This document shows, piece by piece, positions 45,667-55,231 of a stretch of DNA of 64,000 bases; positions within the stretch are counted from its first letter, which is position 1; each line of letters opens with the position of its first letter. The notes under the pieces were generated by a model, which saw nothing but the letters and a program-made list of their open reading frames with translations, did no database searches and was not told where the DNA came from. Both the position numbers and the translations under genes were made by a program. The DNA lies in contig CATJVQ010000036.1 of assembly GCA_949743955.1 (NCBI GenBank), forward strand, positions 8,433-72,432, in the 5' to 3' direction. The stretch comes from an uncultured Oscillospiraceae bacterium. GTDB lineage: Bacteria > Bacillota > Clostridia > Oscillospirales > Ruminococcaceae.

Positions 45667-46971
45667 ATGCGCCGGGTCCGTGTGAGCGTACAGCCGTTTA
45701 CAGAGTCGAACCGCTTCTTAAAGAATCCGAACCGGGGCTTCTATTATATTTACGGATTCTATATCACAGACAATGCCGTCGATTATGCCTCTCAGGTAGA
45801 GGATTTTTACAGCCGGGACACGGACACAACATTGGCGCTGGTGGAAATCAATTTACAGGAATACCGAACCGGACCTGTGAGCGCGGCGGGAATGGAAAAT
45901 ATCGAAGCTCTGTTTCATGCCCTGTCAGCAGGCGGAAAGCGATTGATCGTCCGCTTTCTCTATGACTGTGAGGGAAAGAATCCCATCGTCGAACCGGATC
46001 GGATGAGCATCATTCTGGGACATATCCAGCAGATGGGACCCATCCTGCAAAAATATGAAAGGGACATTTTTACTTTGCAGGGCCTCTTTGTAGGCGACTG
46101 GGGAGAGATGCACAATACCCGGTATGAGTCGGATGAGGATTTCCAGATTTTAGCCCAGGCGCTGGCCCGTGCAGCCGGGCCCGGCAATTTTCTCTCCGTA
46201 CGGACCCCGGCACAGTGGCGGGTGATCACACTGCGGGGAAGGAATATCCCGCTGGCTTCTCAGATCGGACTGTTTAACGATGGAATTCTTGGCAATGACA
46301 TCGACCTTGGCACCTACGATATGGCCTATCAGGGAGCAGAACGGCGGACTCGTGAGCAGGAGCTGATCTTTCAGAATGAACTGTGCGCTCGTGTTCCCAA
46401 TGGGGGCGAGGTCGTTATCAATAATCCTTATAATGATTTTGAAAACGCGGCGCGCGATCTGGCCGCTATGCGTGTCACCTACCTCAATAAGGACTATGAT
46501 GCACAGGTATTCTCCAAATGGGCCGATACCGTGGTCTCCCGCAAAGGATGTTTTTCCGGAATGGACGGCCTGTCCTATATGGAGCGCCGTCTGGGGTACC
46601 GGCTGCTGGTGGACAATGTGAAAGCTGTCCGGCATTCTCTCCGGCAGTATATTTCGGTGGATGTGGATTTCCGTAATGCGGGATTTGCCCCGCTCTATAC
46701 ATCGCCGGAGCTCCTTTTCGTGCTGCGGGACGAAGAGAATGCCTCTGTCTGGTCGTCTCCGGCTGTACACTATCTGGAGGATCTGCGCGGCGGTACCGAC
46801 GCTGTCCATACTGTCAGCATTAAAATTCCGCTGGATGGGCTTCAAAAAGGTTCCTACCGCCTGTATCTTTCTTTGACAGACCCCGATTCCGAAGACCCCA
46901 TCCTTCTGGCCAATACGCAGGACTGCGGGCCGGACGGATATCTTCTGGGAAAAATAGAGAGACTATTTTGA
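45667..46971 (+). CDS. DUF4874/DUF4832-domain protein (putative glycan-active)
   Basis: NPNRGFY near the N-terminus, RLGYR...N.GFAP.Y Ig-like C-terminus; ATG 45667 has SD GGAGGG, but a hydrophobic segment lies just upstream in frame. Confidence 0.65.
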   Translation: MRRVRVSVQPFTESNRFLKNPNRGFYYIYGFYITDNAVDYASQVEDFYSRDTDTTLALVEINLQEYRTGPVSAAGMENIEALFHALSAGGKRLIVRFLYDCEGKNPIVEPDRMSIILGHIQQMGPILQKYERDIFTLQGLFVGDWGEMHNTRYESDEDFQILAQALARAAGPGNFLSVRTPAQWRVITLRGRNIPLASQIGLFNDGILGNDIDLGTYDMAYQGAERRTREQELIFQNELCARVPNGGEVVINNPYNDFENAARDLAAMRVTYLNKDYDAQVFSKWADTVVSRKGCFSGMDGLSYMERRLGYRLLVDNVKAVRHSLRQYISVDVDFRNAGFAPLYTSPELLFVLRDEENASVWSSPAVHYLEDLRGGTDAVHTVSIKIPLDGLQKGSYRLYLSLTDPDSEDPILLANTQDCGPDGYLLGKIERLF

Positions 46972-46986
46972 GTGCTTCAAAACATA

Positions 46987-47025
46987 AAGAATACCCCTCC
47001 GGAATCCTTCCGAAGGGGTATTCTT
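46987..47025. terminator. Bidirectional terminator at the right end of the polysaccharide island
   Basis: 12-bp inverted repeat AAGAATACCCCT/AGGGGTATTCTT. Confidence 0.8.
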
Positions 47026-47044
47026 GTATAATAGAGGAAGATGC

Positions 47045-48577
47045 TTACTGAACCACCGGAATCGAGACACAGCCCACGGACGCCTTTGGCAGCGTCACTG
47101 TCAGCGTACGGCCGGAGGCGGACAGCTTTTCCGTTTTGGGAACAACACGTTCCGGTTCGTCGAAGGTATTGGCGTCCTTGTCGTCCACGCCGGAGAGCAG
47201 GGTGAGGCTGCCTTCCCGGGCGTACTCTCCGCCGGAAAGGTCGAGAGTGATCTCCTGATCCTCGTCGATGGAGAGGTTCACGAGGCTGACATTCAGCACG
47301 CCGTCCTTGACCGAGGCGGAGCAGGAGACGGTATCCACCGCTCGATCCTCGCCGTCGAAATCGTAGGAGATGGCGTCGGTATGGACGAGCGAACGGACCG
47401 CCTGCCCGTTCTGGTGCTCCTTAAACATGTCGAAGACATGATAGGTCCCGGTGAGGACGAACTTCTCCCCTCTCGAGAGGAAGAGTGACTGGATACAGTT
47501 GACCAGCTGGGCCGCATTGGCCATGTGGATACGATCGCAGTGGTTGTTGAAAACATTGAGCGAGATCGCGGCCACCAGCGCGTCGCGCATCGTCGTCTCC
47601 TGTGCGAAGAGATGGCGTCCCGGCAGAGCGTTCTTGCCGTAGTAGAGCTCCCAGAGACCCCATTCATCGACAATGAGCCCCAGATCATTGCCCGGCCAGG
47701 CGGCGTTGAGCATCTCAATCTGGCGCACGATGAAGGGTTCAATCCCCCACGCACGGCGCAGTGTCTCATACCACTGCTCATCGGTGTAGCGGGTTTCCTC
47801 TCCGAGATCGCCAAAATTACTCACGTAGTAGTGCAGCGAATAACCGCTCATCGGCGGGATGCGGCCCTCGGTATACATCTGCTGGTACCGCTCGAAGAAT
47901 TTTAACGTCCAGTCGGGGATGGCGTCGTTGGCACCGCAGGCGATATAATAGCCGTCCGGGAAGACGCTCTTGCAGATGATCCCGTACTTGCGGTAAACGT
48001 TGCAGTAGTCCTCGGGCGTCATGGCGCCGCCGCCGCCCCAGTTTTCGTTCCCCAGTCCCCAGTATTTCACGCCGAACGGTTCGGCGCTGCCGTTCTTCTC
48101 TCTGAGCTTCGCAAGCGTGGTGGAGCCTTTGGGCATGTTGCAGTATTCCACCCAGTTGCGCCCCTCCAGCACGGTGGTCGTGGTCGCATTCAGGGCAAAA
48201 TACGGTTCCGCTCCAACCAGACGGCAGAAATCGACAAATTCATGTGTCCCGACCGCGTTGGACTCATACAGCCCATCGTTATTATACCACCAGTTGACTG
48301 TCGTGGGGCGTTCCTCGCGGGGGCCGATGCCGTCGCGCCAGTCATACGTCTCGGCGAAGCAGCCGCCCGGCCAGCGGATGACCGGCGGGCGAATGGCGCG
48401 CAGCTTCTCCACCAGCTCCTTGCGGAAGCCGCGGATATTCGGGATGGGGGAATCCTCCCCGACCCAGATGCCGTCATACACAACGCCGCCCAGATGTTCA
48501 ACAAAGTGGCCGTAAATATTCGGATGAATCGTTCCAATCGGTTCCATCAGGATGAGATCTATATTGTTCTTGGACAT
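47045..48577 (-). CDS. GH51 alpha-L-arabinofuranosidase
   Basis: IYGHFVEHLG, IRWPGGCF, GLGNENWG (acid/base), DEWG (nucleophile), RIHMANAAQLVN. Confidence 0.92.
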   Translation of the reverse strand: MSKNNIDLILMEPIGTIHPNIYGHFVEHLGGVVYDGIWVGEDSPIPNIRGFRKELVEKLRAIRPPVIRWPGGCFAETYDWRDGIGPREERPTTVNWWYNNDGLYESNAVGTHEFVDFCRLVGAEPYFALNATTTTVLEGRNWVEYCNMPKGSTTLAKLREKNGSAEPFGVKYWGLGNENWGGGGAMTPEDYCNVYRKYGIICKSVFPDGYYIACGANDAIPDWTLKFFERYQQMYTEGRIPPMSGYSLHYYVSNFGDLGEETRYTDEQWYETLRRAWGIEPFIVRQIEMLNAAWPGNDLGLIVDEWGLWELYYGKNALPGRHLFAQETTMRDALVAAISLNVFNNHCDRIHMANAAQLVNCIQSLFLSRGEKFVLTGTYHVFDMFKEHQNGQAVRSLVHTDAISYDFDGEDRAVDTVSCSASVKDGVLNVSLVNLSIDEDQEITLDLSGGEYAREGSLTLLSGVDDKDANTFDEPERVVPKTEKLSASGRTLTVTLPKASVGCVSIPVVQ

Positions 48578-48609
48578 ATCCGTTTCCTTCCTTTCTCTTC
48601 TGTAAAGCG

Positions 48610-49446
48610 TTACATCTTTACCGCGCCGGCGGTTACACCTCCGATGATCTGTTTAGAACACGCCAGATAGATGATAATAATCGGAATCAGCGAAATCGCG
48701 GCCGCAGCAAAGACAAGATCCATCTTGGAAATGTCAAAATAACCGGAGACCACAAATTTCATCAGCCCCAGGGGGACCGTTTTCACCTCGTCGCGGGTGA
48801 GGAAAATCATGGGCAGAAAAAAGTCGTTCCAGCAGTTCACCGCTACCATCGGCACTACCGATCCCAGCGCCGGAGCCGCAAGCGGCAGAATAATCCGGTT
48901 GAAAATGAAGAACTGGGAAGCGCCGTCTATTCGGGCCGCCTCGATAATGGAGGTGGGGATGGATCGGAAGAACCCGGTCAGTACAAACACCGGAATGGAG
49001 ATTGTGGCGCTGTAAATCAGGATCATACTGAACAGGGTGTTGTTTAACCCGAGCTGACGCACCAGAATATACAGCGGCACAACACCCAGCTTAATCGGGA
49101 ACATCAGGCCCAGGATGAAATAGAGATACATGAAGCCGTTGCCCTTAAACTGGAACTTCGCTATCCCGTAAGCGACCATGGCGGCAATATAGATGGAGAC
49201 CACCAGGGATACCGCCGTGATGAAAAAGCTGTTGAAGGTGTAGATAGAAAATTTATAGTCCTGCCACAGTGTCGGAAACTTGGAGAGATCCACTGTCTGG
49301 GGCAGCGCCCAGATGTTGGCAAACACTTCGCTTTTGGGCTTTATCGAGTTCAGAAAGATGACATAGAACAGAATGGCTGTCATGACACAGAGGAGAAGCG
49401 TGAACAGCCATCCGATCAGATTGACTGGATTCATTTTGCGTTTCAT
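48610..49446 (-). CDS. Carbohydrate ABC transporter permease (MalG-like)
   Basis: FFRSIP..IIEAARIDGAS, WNDFF; start placed at ATG 49446. Confidence 0.9.
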   Translation of the reverse strand: MKRKMNPVNLIGWLFTLLLCVMTAILFYVIFLNSIKPKSEVFANIWALPQTVDLSKFPTLWQDYKFSIYTFNSFFITAVSLVVSIYIAAMVAYGIAKFQFKGNGFMYLYFILGLMFPIKLGVVPLYILVRQLGLNNTLFSMILIYSATISIPVFVLTGFFRSIPTSIIEAARIDGASQFFIFNRIILPLAAPALGSVVPMVAVNCWNDFFLPMIFLTRDEVKTVPLGLMKFVVSGYFDISKMDLVFAAAAISLIPIIIIYLACSKQIIGGVTAGAVKM

Positions 49447-49481
49447 CGGACCAGATCCTTTCTGTAAAGGGGAGAGATGCG

Positions 49482-50390
49482 TTATTCGTCGCTCTCTCCG
49501 GCGTTCATCACTTTCAGCTGGACAGCCGCTCCCAAAAGCACCAGCACAAATATGATGGTCGCTACCGTGGTGCCCATGCCCATCGAATTGGTGATGCTGT
49601 TGACATTGAACGCCTGCCGGTAGAGGAAGATGCCCAGAACATCCATGTTGCCGGCCATACCGCCCGTCTCGCCGCCCAGCATGTAGGGCACCTCGAAGGC
49701 GGATACGCCCCAGATGTACTGAAGGATAAACACGTTCACCAGCGAGGGCTTCAGCAGCGGCAGAAAGATGTGCCGGAAAATCTGCCATTCGTTCGCACCG
49801 TCGATGGTGGCGGCCTCCTCGTAATCGGCGGGGATCATGTTGAAATTGGCAAAGACCAGCAGCATATAGTAGCCGAAGGTCTTCCAGCCGTGTACAATCA
49901 GGATATAGGGAATGCCGTATGAGGTGGACTCAAAGAACTGCGCTGTACTCCAGCCGGATCCAAACAGGGAGAGCACATTGGAAAGCAGACCGATGTGCGG
50001 GTCGAAGAACAGCGTAACCATGAAGCCTGTCGTGACAAAATTGACAAAATAGGGCGAGTAGCTGACCAGCTTGAGCCCGTTGTGAAGAGGGACCTTGCGG
50101 AACATCAGATACCCCATGTAGATCGAGATGGGAACCAGGATCACAAATCCCCAGAACGTGAGCTGGACATTATTCCAGAGCGCGTTATAGAACTCCTTGG
50201 AAATCCTGGGGTTGGTGAACACTGTGAGATAATTCTGAATCCCGTTAAACTCCGGCGGAGTGATCCCCGACCATTTTGTCAGGCTGTACGGCAGCGACGA
50301 GAGAATCGAATAGATGCTGATCAGGGTATACAGGCAGAATCCTGGCAGGATAAAGAAAATAAACGGCCGCTTTTTTAAGAACCGGATCAT
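49482..50390 (-). CDS. Carbohydrate ABC transporter permease (MalF-like)
   Basis: G.QNY, IP..YEEAATIDGANEWQ; start placed at ATG 50390. Confidence 0.9.
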   Translation of the reverse strand: MIRFLKKRPFIFFILPGFCLYTLISIYSILSSLPYSLTKWSGITPPEFNGIQNYLTVFTNPRISKEFYNALWNNVQLTFWGFVILVPISIYMGYLMFRKVPLHNGLKLVSYSPYFVNFVTTGFMVTLFFDPHIGLLSNVLSLFGSGWSTAQFFESTSYGIPYILIVHGWKTFGYYMLLVFANFNMIPADYEEAATIDGANEWQIFRHIFLPLLKPSLVNVFILQYIWGVSAFEVPYMLGGETGGMAGNMDVLGIFLYRQAFNVNSITNSMGMGTTVATIIFVLVLLGAAVQLKVMNAGESDE

Positions 50391-50464
50391 CGTATCACAC
50401 CTTTCCGCAGCGCTTCTTTTGATGAACAAAATTCTCCAGACGTCACAGGGTGCAAAAAACCAGG

Positions 50465-50495
50465 GCGGGCCCGTGGAATGCCCCTGTGGGCCCGC
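50465..50495 (-). terminator. Intercistronic hairpin after the substrate-binding protein gene
   Basis: GCGGGCCC/GGGCCCGC stem followed by a T-run on the minus strand. Confidence 0.45.
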
Positions 50496-50572
50496 CGCTT
50501 TTCATTTACAAGCACTGCTCAGAGTTCGATCCGGCCGGCGCCGCCTGTCCGGACCGCTCCGTTCTGTCTGGG

Positions 50573-51967
50573 TTATCTGCCGTCGCCCCACGGATCGAAG
50601 TTACGGGTCTCGTAGTCGATGGTATTGGTCTCCATATCCTCAATGAACTGATCGGGTGTAATCTCGCCGTAGGCAAGCTGCGTGCAGACCGACTTGTATT
50701 CGACCCAGGTGTCCAGCCCTTCCAGGCCCAGAGCGCCAAAGTAATCGCTGTACAGCGGCAGAACCACTTCGGCCGGTTCCGCATCCAGCTCGGCGAAGAC
50801 CGCGTCGCTGGAGGTGACGTCGGTACGTCCGGGAACGTTCTGGCCAGCGTCTGCGATGATCTGCATCTGCTCCGCGCTGAAGAGGTGCTTCAGGACATCC
50901 AGCGCCAGGTCCAGATTCTCCGCCTTGGAATAGACCGAGAAGCCCGAGGCACAGTCCTGACCGGCGATGAGGCTGCGCTTACCGTCCTTCGTGGGCGGAT
51001 TGAACGCGCCGACGTTGATTTCCTTGTTGGCGCAGATAGCGTCCTTATCATAGGATCCGCGGCACCACATGGCGGATTTGCCGCTGGTGAACTCCAGGAT
51101 GCCGCCGTTGGTATCGAGCCCCTTCCAGTCCGCGCCGAAATATCCGGCATCGATCCAGCGCTGGAACTCAACCAGACCCTCTTTGAAGCGGGGATCGGTC
51201 AGCCGGCCGTTGGGCTCGCCGTCGAACTTATAATTGACCATGTCGCTGACCCACTCGGGCGTCATCGCGTGCTGGATGAGCATAATCGTCTGCGCGGGGC
51301 CCTTGACATCCTTGCCCGGCATACCCATGGCGACCACGCCGTTGGCGGTCAGGGTATCCAGCGCGGCGATGAACTCGTCCCATGTCTTCGGTACCGAGAT
51401 GTTATACTGTGCGAAGATGTCCTTATTATAAAAGACAGGCCAGGTATCCATGTAGCTGCCGGGAGTCATGTAGAGCTTGCCGCCGACCTTGGCGCGCTGA
51501 ATCAGATACTCATTAAAGACACTGAGCTCCTCTTCCGTGAAATAGGGATCCAGATCCAGCACGACGCCCGCGTTGATGTACTGCAGCAGGTTCGCGTTCT
51601 TCGAGCCGTGGCTGGTGAAGAGCTCCGGCATATCGTCGGCCTGCAGGGCGGTGGAGAGAGCGCTGTAATACTGCCCAGCTTCGAACACTTCAAACGCCAT
51701 CTTGACGCCGGGGTTCTTGTCCATATAGTTTTTGGACATCTCGTCCCAGAAAGCCGACCTGTCCGGGCTCATGCTGTAAACACGCACTTCCCCTTCAAAC
51801 TGCCCGTCGCCGGACGGCTCAGCCGGGGCATCGCTGGGAGCGGGTTCCGCAGAGGAAGCGGGTTCCTGCGCGCTGCTCGAGGACGGCGTGTTCCCCTGTC
51901 CGCCGCAGGCCGCCAGTCCGGAAGCCACCGCCGCACACAGCAGCAGTGCGAAAAGTCTCTTTGCCAT
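50573..51967 (-). CDS. Sugar ABC transporter substrate-binding lipoprotein
   Basis: Signal peptide with LAAC lipobox, Ser/Pro/Ala linker, VFYNKDIF, PKTWDEF, FTSGKSAM. Confidence 0.92.
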   Translation of the reverse strand: MAKRLFALLLCAAVASGLAACGGQGNTPSSSSAQEPASSAEPAPSDAPAEPSGDGQFEGEVRVYSMSPDRSAFWDEMSKNYMDKNPGVKMAFEVFEAGQYYSALSTALQADDMPELFTSHGSKNANLLQYINAGVVLDLDPYFTEEELSVFNEYLIQRAKVGGKLYMTPGSYMDTWPVFYNKDIFAQYNISVPKTWDEFIAALDTLTANGVVAMGMPGKDVKGPAQTIMLIQHAMTPEWVSDMVNYKFDGEPNGRLTDPRFKEGLVEFQRWIDAGYFGADWKGLDTNGGILEFTSGKSAMWCRGSYDKDAICANKEINVGAFNPPTKDGKRSLIAGQDCASGFSVYSKAENLDLALDVLKHLFSAEQMQIIADAGQNVPGRTDVTSSDAVFAELDAEPAEVVLPLYSDYFGALGLEGLDTWVEYKSVCTQLAYGEITPDQFIEDMETNTIDYETRNFDPWGDGR

Positions 51968-52067
51968 GAAGAATAACCTCCTTTGTTGTGAAACAATTTT
52001 GTTTCCCTTGCACTATTATTATAATTCGATTTATAAACTGTTCACAGACCGTTTGATAGCTTTTGGG

Positions 52068-52124
52068 GGTGTGTTTTTCTGTCCGATTTTATCCGATTTT
52101 GTCACAGGTGTCTTTTTTTGTCCG
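52068..52124. promoter_or_regulatory. Two 18-bp direct repeats upstream of the sugar operon (activator-site candidates)
   Basis: GGTGTGTTTTTCTGTCCG (52068-52085) and GGTGTCTTTTTTTGTCCG (52107-52124), 16/18 identical. Confidence 0.5.
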
Positions 52125-52265
52125 TCAAAAGTCACTTATTTTATAAATTTGTAGAAAATATTCTTTCAATCACAGACAAATCTTGTGCAAATATGTTGAT
52201 CATATTCTTTCTCCCCATATCGTTATGAAGAAAAGATCCGGAAATGATCCTTTTATAAAAGAAAC

Positions 52266-52292
52266 CGGCCATGGACTTTTTCGCCATGGCCG
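52266..52292 (-). terminator. Terminator after the response regulator
   Basis: CGGCCATGG/CCATGGCCG stem with a downstream T-rich tract on the minus strand. Confidence 0.55.
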
Positions 52293-52307
52293 TGAAAGCA
52301 GGCTGTT

Positions 52308-53480
52308 TTAACGGGCGTGTTCCTTTCTATACTGCCCAGGCGTGAGGCCGGTCATCCGTTTAAACGCCTTGATAAAATACTTGCTGTTCTTATATCCCAC
52401 CTGATCGGTAATGCGTTCGATTTCCAGGTTGGTGGTGGTCAGCAGCTCCTGGGCCTTTTGGATGCGCCGTTCGCTCAGAAGGTCGATAAAGTTTTTCCCA
52501 TACTCCCGCACCAGGAGACGGCTGAGGTAGGGCGGTGTCACATGTACGGCGCCCGCCACATCGGCGAGCGTGAGGCGGCGGCAGTACTGCTCCATAATGA
52601 TGGCCAGCGCCTGCGAAACGATCTCGTTGCAGTGAAAATCGGGGGATTCCTGCGACAGCCGCAGCCGCATCTGCTGCCAGAATGTTTCAAATGCGTCGGG
52701 CAGTTCCCCCAGCTGCACCGGCGGATTCCAGAGAACAATGCACTCCGGCTGTGTCCGCTTTTCAGAAAGTTGGCAGCAGAACGACTCAGCCTCCTCTCCA
52801 AAGCAGAAGATCGCGATGGTTCCGTCCTCCAGGAGAACCGAGACGACCCGATCATCGTCCTGATACTCCTCATGCAGTCTGCGCGCGAGCTGGAGAAGCG
52901 TGGGGTGGTTAACCACCGCGTCGTATGGATTGCGGCAGGCCACCAGAATCATCCCTACCCGCTCCTGCCGGGCGCGCTCATCCTGCAAAAGTGATTCGTA
53001 GAGCTTCCGTTCCCCGCGGCTGATCAGCCGCCGCACCGCGTTCTTTAACAGCGTATTGTATCCGGTGTCATAGGAGTGCATCCGGCTCTGCGTCTGGCGC
53101 TCCTGCGTGCGCATCCCCGCCACACGGGTGAGGGTATCGATCATGCTTTCGGGCGTCAGGGCGGGCTTATGCAGGTAATCCCGCGCGCCGTAGATCATGG
53201 CCTGCTTGGCGTATTCAAAATTGTCGTAGCTGCTCAGGATGATGATCTCGCACTTAATGCCGCGGCTGCGGATCTGCCGGCAGAGCTCGATTCCGTCGAT
53301 CACCGGCATGCGTACGTCGGTGATCACAATGTCCACCGGCTCCCGTTCCATCAGATCCAGCGCCTCCTGGCCGTTGCCCACCGCGCCCACCAGCCGGAAG
53401 CCGTGCCGCTCCCACTCGATCATCACCTGCATGCCGCGGCGCACGATATATTCATCCTCTACCAGTATCACGTTCAGCAT
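52308..53480 (-). CDS. YesN-like response regulator (REC + AraC HTH)
   Basis: LVEDE, DIVITDVRMP..DG, YLHKP; C-terminal VGYKNSKYF..FK...GLTP.QYR. Confidence 0.92.
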   Translation of the reverse strand: MLNVILVEDEYIVRRGMQVMIEWERHGFRLVGAVGNGQEALDLMEREPVDIVITDVRMPVIDGIELCRQIRSRGIKCEIIILSSYDNFEYAKQAMIYGARDYLHKPALTPESMIDTLTRVAGMRTQERQTQSRMHSYDTGYNTLLKNAVRRLISRGERKLYESLLQDERARQERVGMILVACRNPYDAVVNHPTLLQLARRLHEEYQDDDRVVSVLLEDGTIAIFCFGEEAESFCCQLSEKRTQPECIVLWNPPVQLGELPDAFETFWQQMRLRLSQESPDFHCNEIVSQALAIIMEQYCRRLTLADVAGAVHVTPPYLSRLLVREYGKNFIDLLSERRIQKAQELLTTTNLEIERITDQVGYKNSKYFIKAFKRMTGLTPGQYRKEHAR

Positions 53481-55206
53481 CGCCCGTTATCTCCTCCCCC
53501 ATCCGCTGGGCCGGCCAGCGCAGCTCTATCCGGGTTCCCTCTCCCTGACGGCTGCAAATCCGCATCCGGCCCTCCGATTTATAGTAGACGTCTAAGCGCT
53601 GCCGGACACTGCCGACCCCTATCTTCATCAGCGACTCTCTCGACGGCTCCTCCCGGTGCTCCAGTTCTTCCAGATGCCGCTCGTCCATCCCCACGCCGTT
53701 GTCCTCAATGACAGCCTCCGCCTCCCCGTCACGGATCCGGACAGAGACACTCACCTTTCCCGGACGCCCCTGAAGCGGCGCAAGGCCGTGGAAGATGGAA
53801 TTTTCCACCAGAGGCTGGATCAGGAACGGCAGCATCTTTACATTTTCCGCCTGCGGATCCATCTCAATCTCCAGCGCGACATTCTCATACCGCAGCTTCA
53901 TCAGGTCCCCGTAGGAACGGATAAAGTCCAGTTCTTCCCGCACGGTGATGAATTCCTTGCGGCGGCTGACGCTGATCCGGAGCACGGTGATAAAAGAGGA
54001 GATGATATCGGCGATGAACTGATTCTTTTCCAACAGCGCCGCCCAGCGGATGCAGTTGAGCGTATTATAGATAAAGTGCGGATTGATGCTGACCTGAATA
54101 GCATAGAGCTCATGTTTAATCCGCTGCTGTTCCTTCTGGCTGATTTCGGAGATGAGCTGCTGAATCCGCTCCACCATCAAATTGAACGCCTGGTACATCT
54201 GCTGTACTTCGACATCGCTCGTGCTGGCCTTAATCGCTTCAAACCGCCCCTCGCTCACCAGATTCATCTGGCCGCGCAGAATCTGAATTGGCTGCGTGAT
54301 ATACGAGGAAACCAGCAGCGCTATGAAGAACGCGACTATGCACAGCCCGATGCCCATGAGCAGGATCATCCGGCCGACCACGCCGATCTCCCGGTAGAGC
54401 TGGCTCACCGGCAGACTGTACTGAATGGTGAAGCCGGTGTTATGCGAGATATGCTCGACCGTGAGATACTTCTTATCCGACAGATACTGCTGGCGGGTGA
54501 TCGGGGAACCATCCTGCCGCAGGATATTGATCACCCCGCCCGCATCGGCAGCCGTGACAATTTCCCTGATAAAATCCGCCTTGATATCGATGGCCAGCAC
54601 GCCGACAGGCTGAAAGGTGGACGCGCTGCGGACGAGCCGGGCAAACGTAATCACCTCCGCCGGCTCATTCATCTGCGCCCGGAGCAGGTAGTGGAGCTGC
54701 CGGTTCTCCCGAATGGGCGTGACAATCCAGCGTCCGTTGGCCTCCACTGCCTCCTGATACCATGTCTCCTCCCGGGAATCAACTGAAGAATTCCATGTCT
54801 TGTAGGGGTGATAGAAATAGTTCATCCCGCTGCTGCCAAACAGCATGACATCCTCAATCAGCGGCTTTAAGGTGAACAGATTGTCGAAGTATTTGAAGAT
54901 TTCGTTTTCCGTGTTGATATACTGAACCGAAAAATTCTGGTTGTCCCGGTAAGGCAGCATGCAAGCGTTCTGCACGACCGGTGCCTGCAACGCCACCAGC
55001 GACATCGTGTCGATCTCATCGAAAAACTGATCGCAGTAAACATTGATACTGCGCGCAACCACATCCATCTGGCTGCATGTCTTCTGCCTGATGGATGCGG
55101 CGTAAATATTATAGCTGTACCCTCCCAGAAAAATGAGCGCTATCCAGATGAGGGCTGTGCAGCAGACCAGAATCTTTCCTTTGACTGTTCCCAACAGCCT
55201 GCGCAT
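53452..55206 (-). CDS. YesM-like sensor histidine kinase
   Basis: Two TM segments, HAMP, INPHFIYNTL, QPLVENS..HG, DNGVG; start placed at ATG 55206. Confidence 0.92.
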   Translation of the reverse strand: MRRLLGTVKGKILVCCTALIWIALIFLGGYSYNIYAASIRQKTCSQMDVVARSINVYCDQFFDEIDTMSLVALQAPVVQNACMLPYRDNQNFSVQYINTENEIFKYFDNLFTLKPLIEDVMLFGSSGMNYFYHPYKTWNSSVDSREETWYQEAVEANGRWIVTPIRENRQLHYLLRAQMNEPAEVITFARLVRSASTFQPVGVLAIDIKADFIREIVTAADAGGVINILRQDGSPITRQQYLSDKKYLTVEHISHNTGFTIQYSLPVSQLYREIGVVGRMILLMGIGLCIVAFFIALLVSSYITQPIQILRGQMNLVSEGRFEAIKASTSDVEVQQMYQAFNLMVERIQQLISEISQKEQQRIKHELYAIQVSINPHFIYNTLNCIRWAALLEKNQFIADIISSFITVLRISVSRRKEFITVREELDFIRSYGDLMKLRYENVALEIEMDPQAENVKMLPFLIQPLVENSIFHGLAPLQGRPGKVSVSVRIRDGEAEAVIEDNGVGMDERHLEELEHREEPSRESLMKIGVGSVRQRLDVYYKSEGRMRICSRQGEGTRIELRWPAQRMGEEITGDAERDTGRG

Positions 55207-55231
55207 CCTCGATCTCCTTCCCCGGCGGCGT

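Noticed and set aside
50450-51976. 508-aa plus-strand ORF
   Set aside because: Mirror frame of the sugar-binding lipoprotein.
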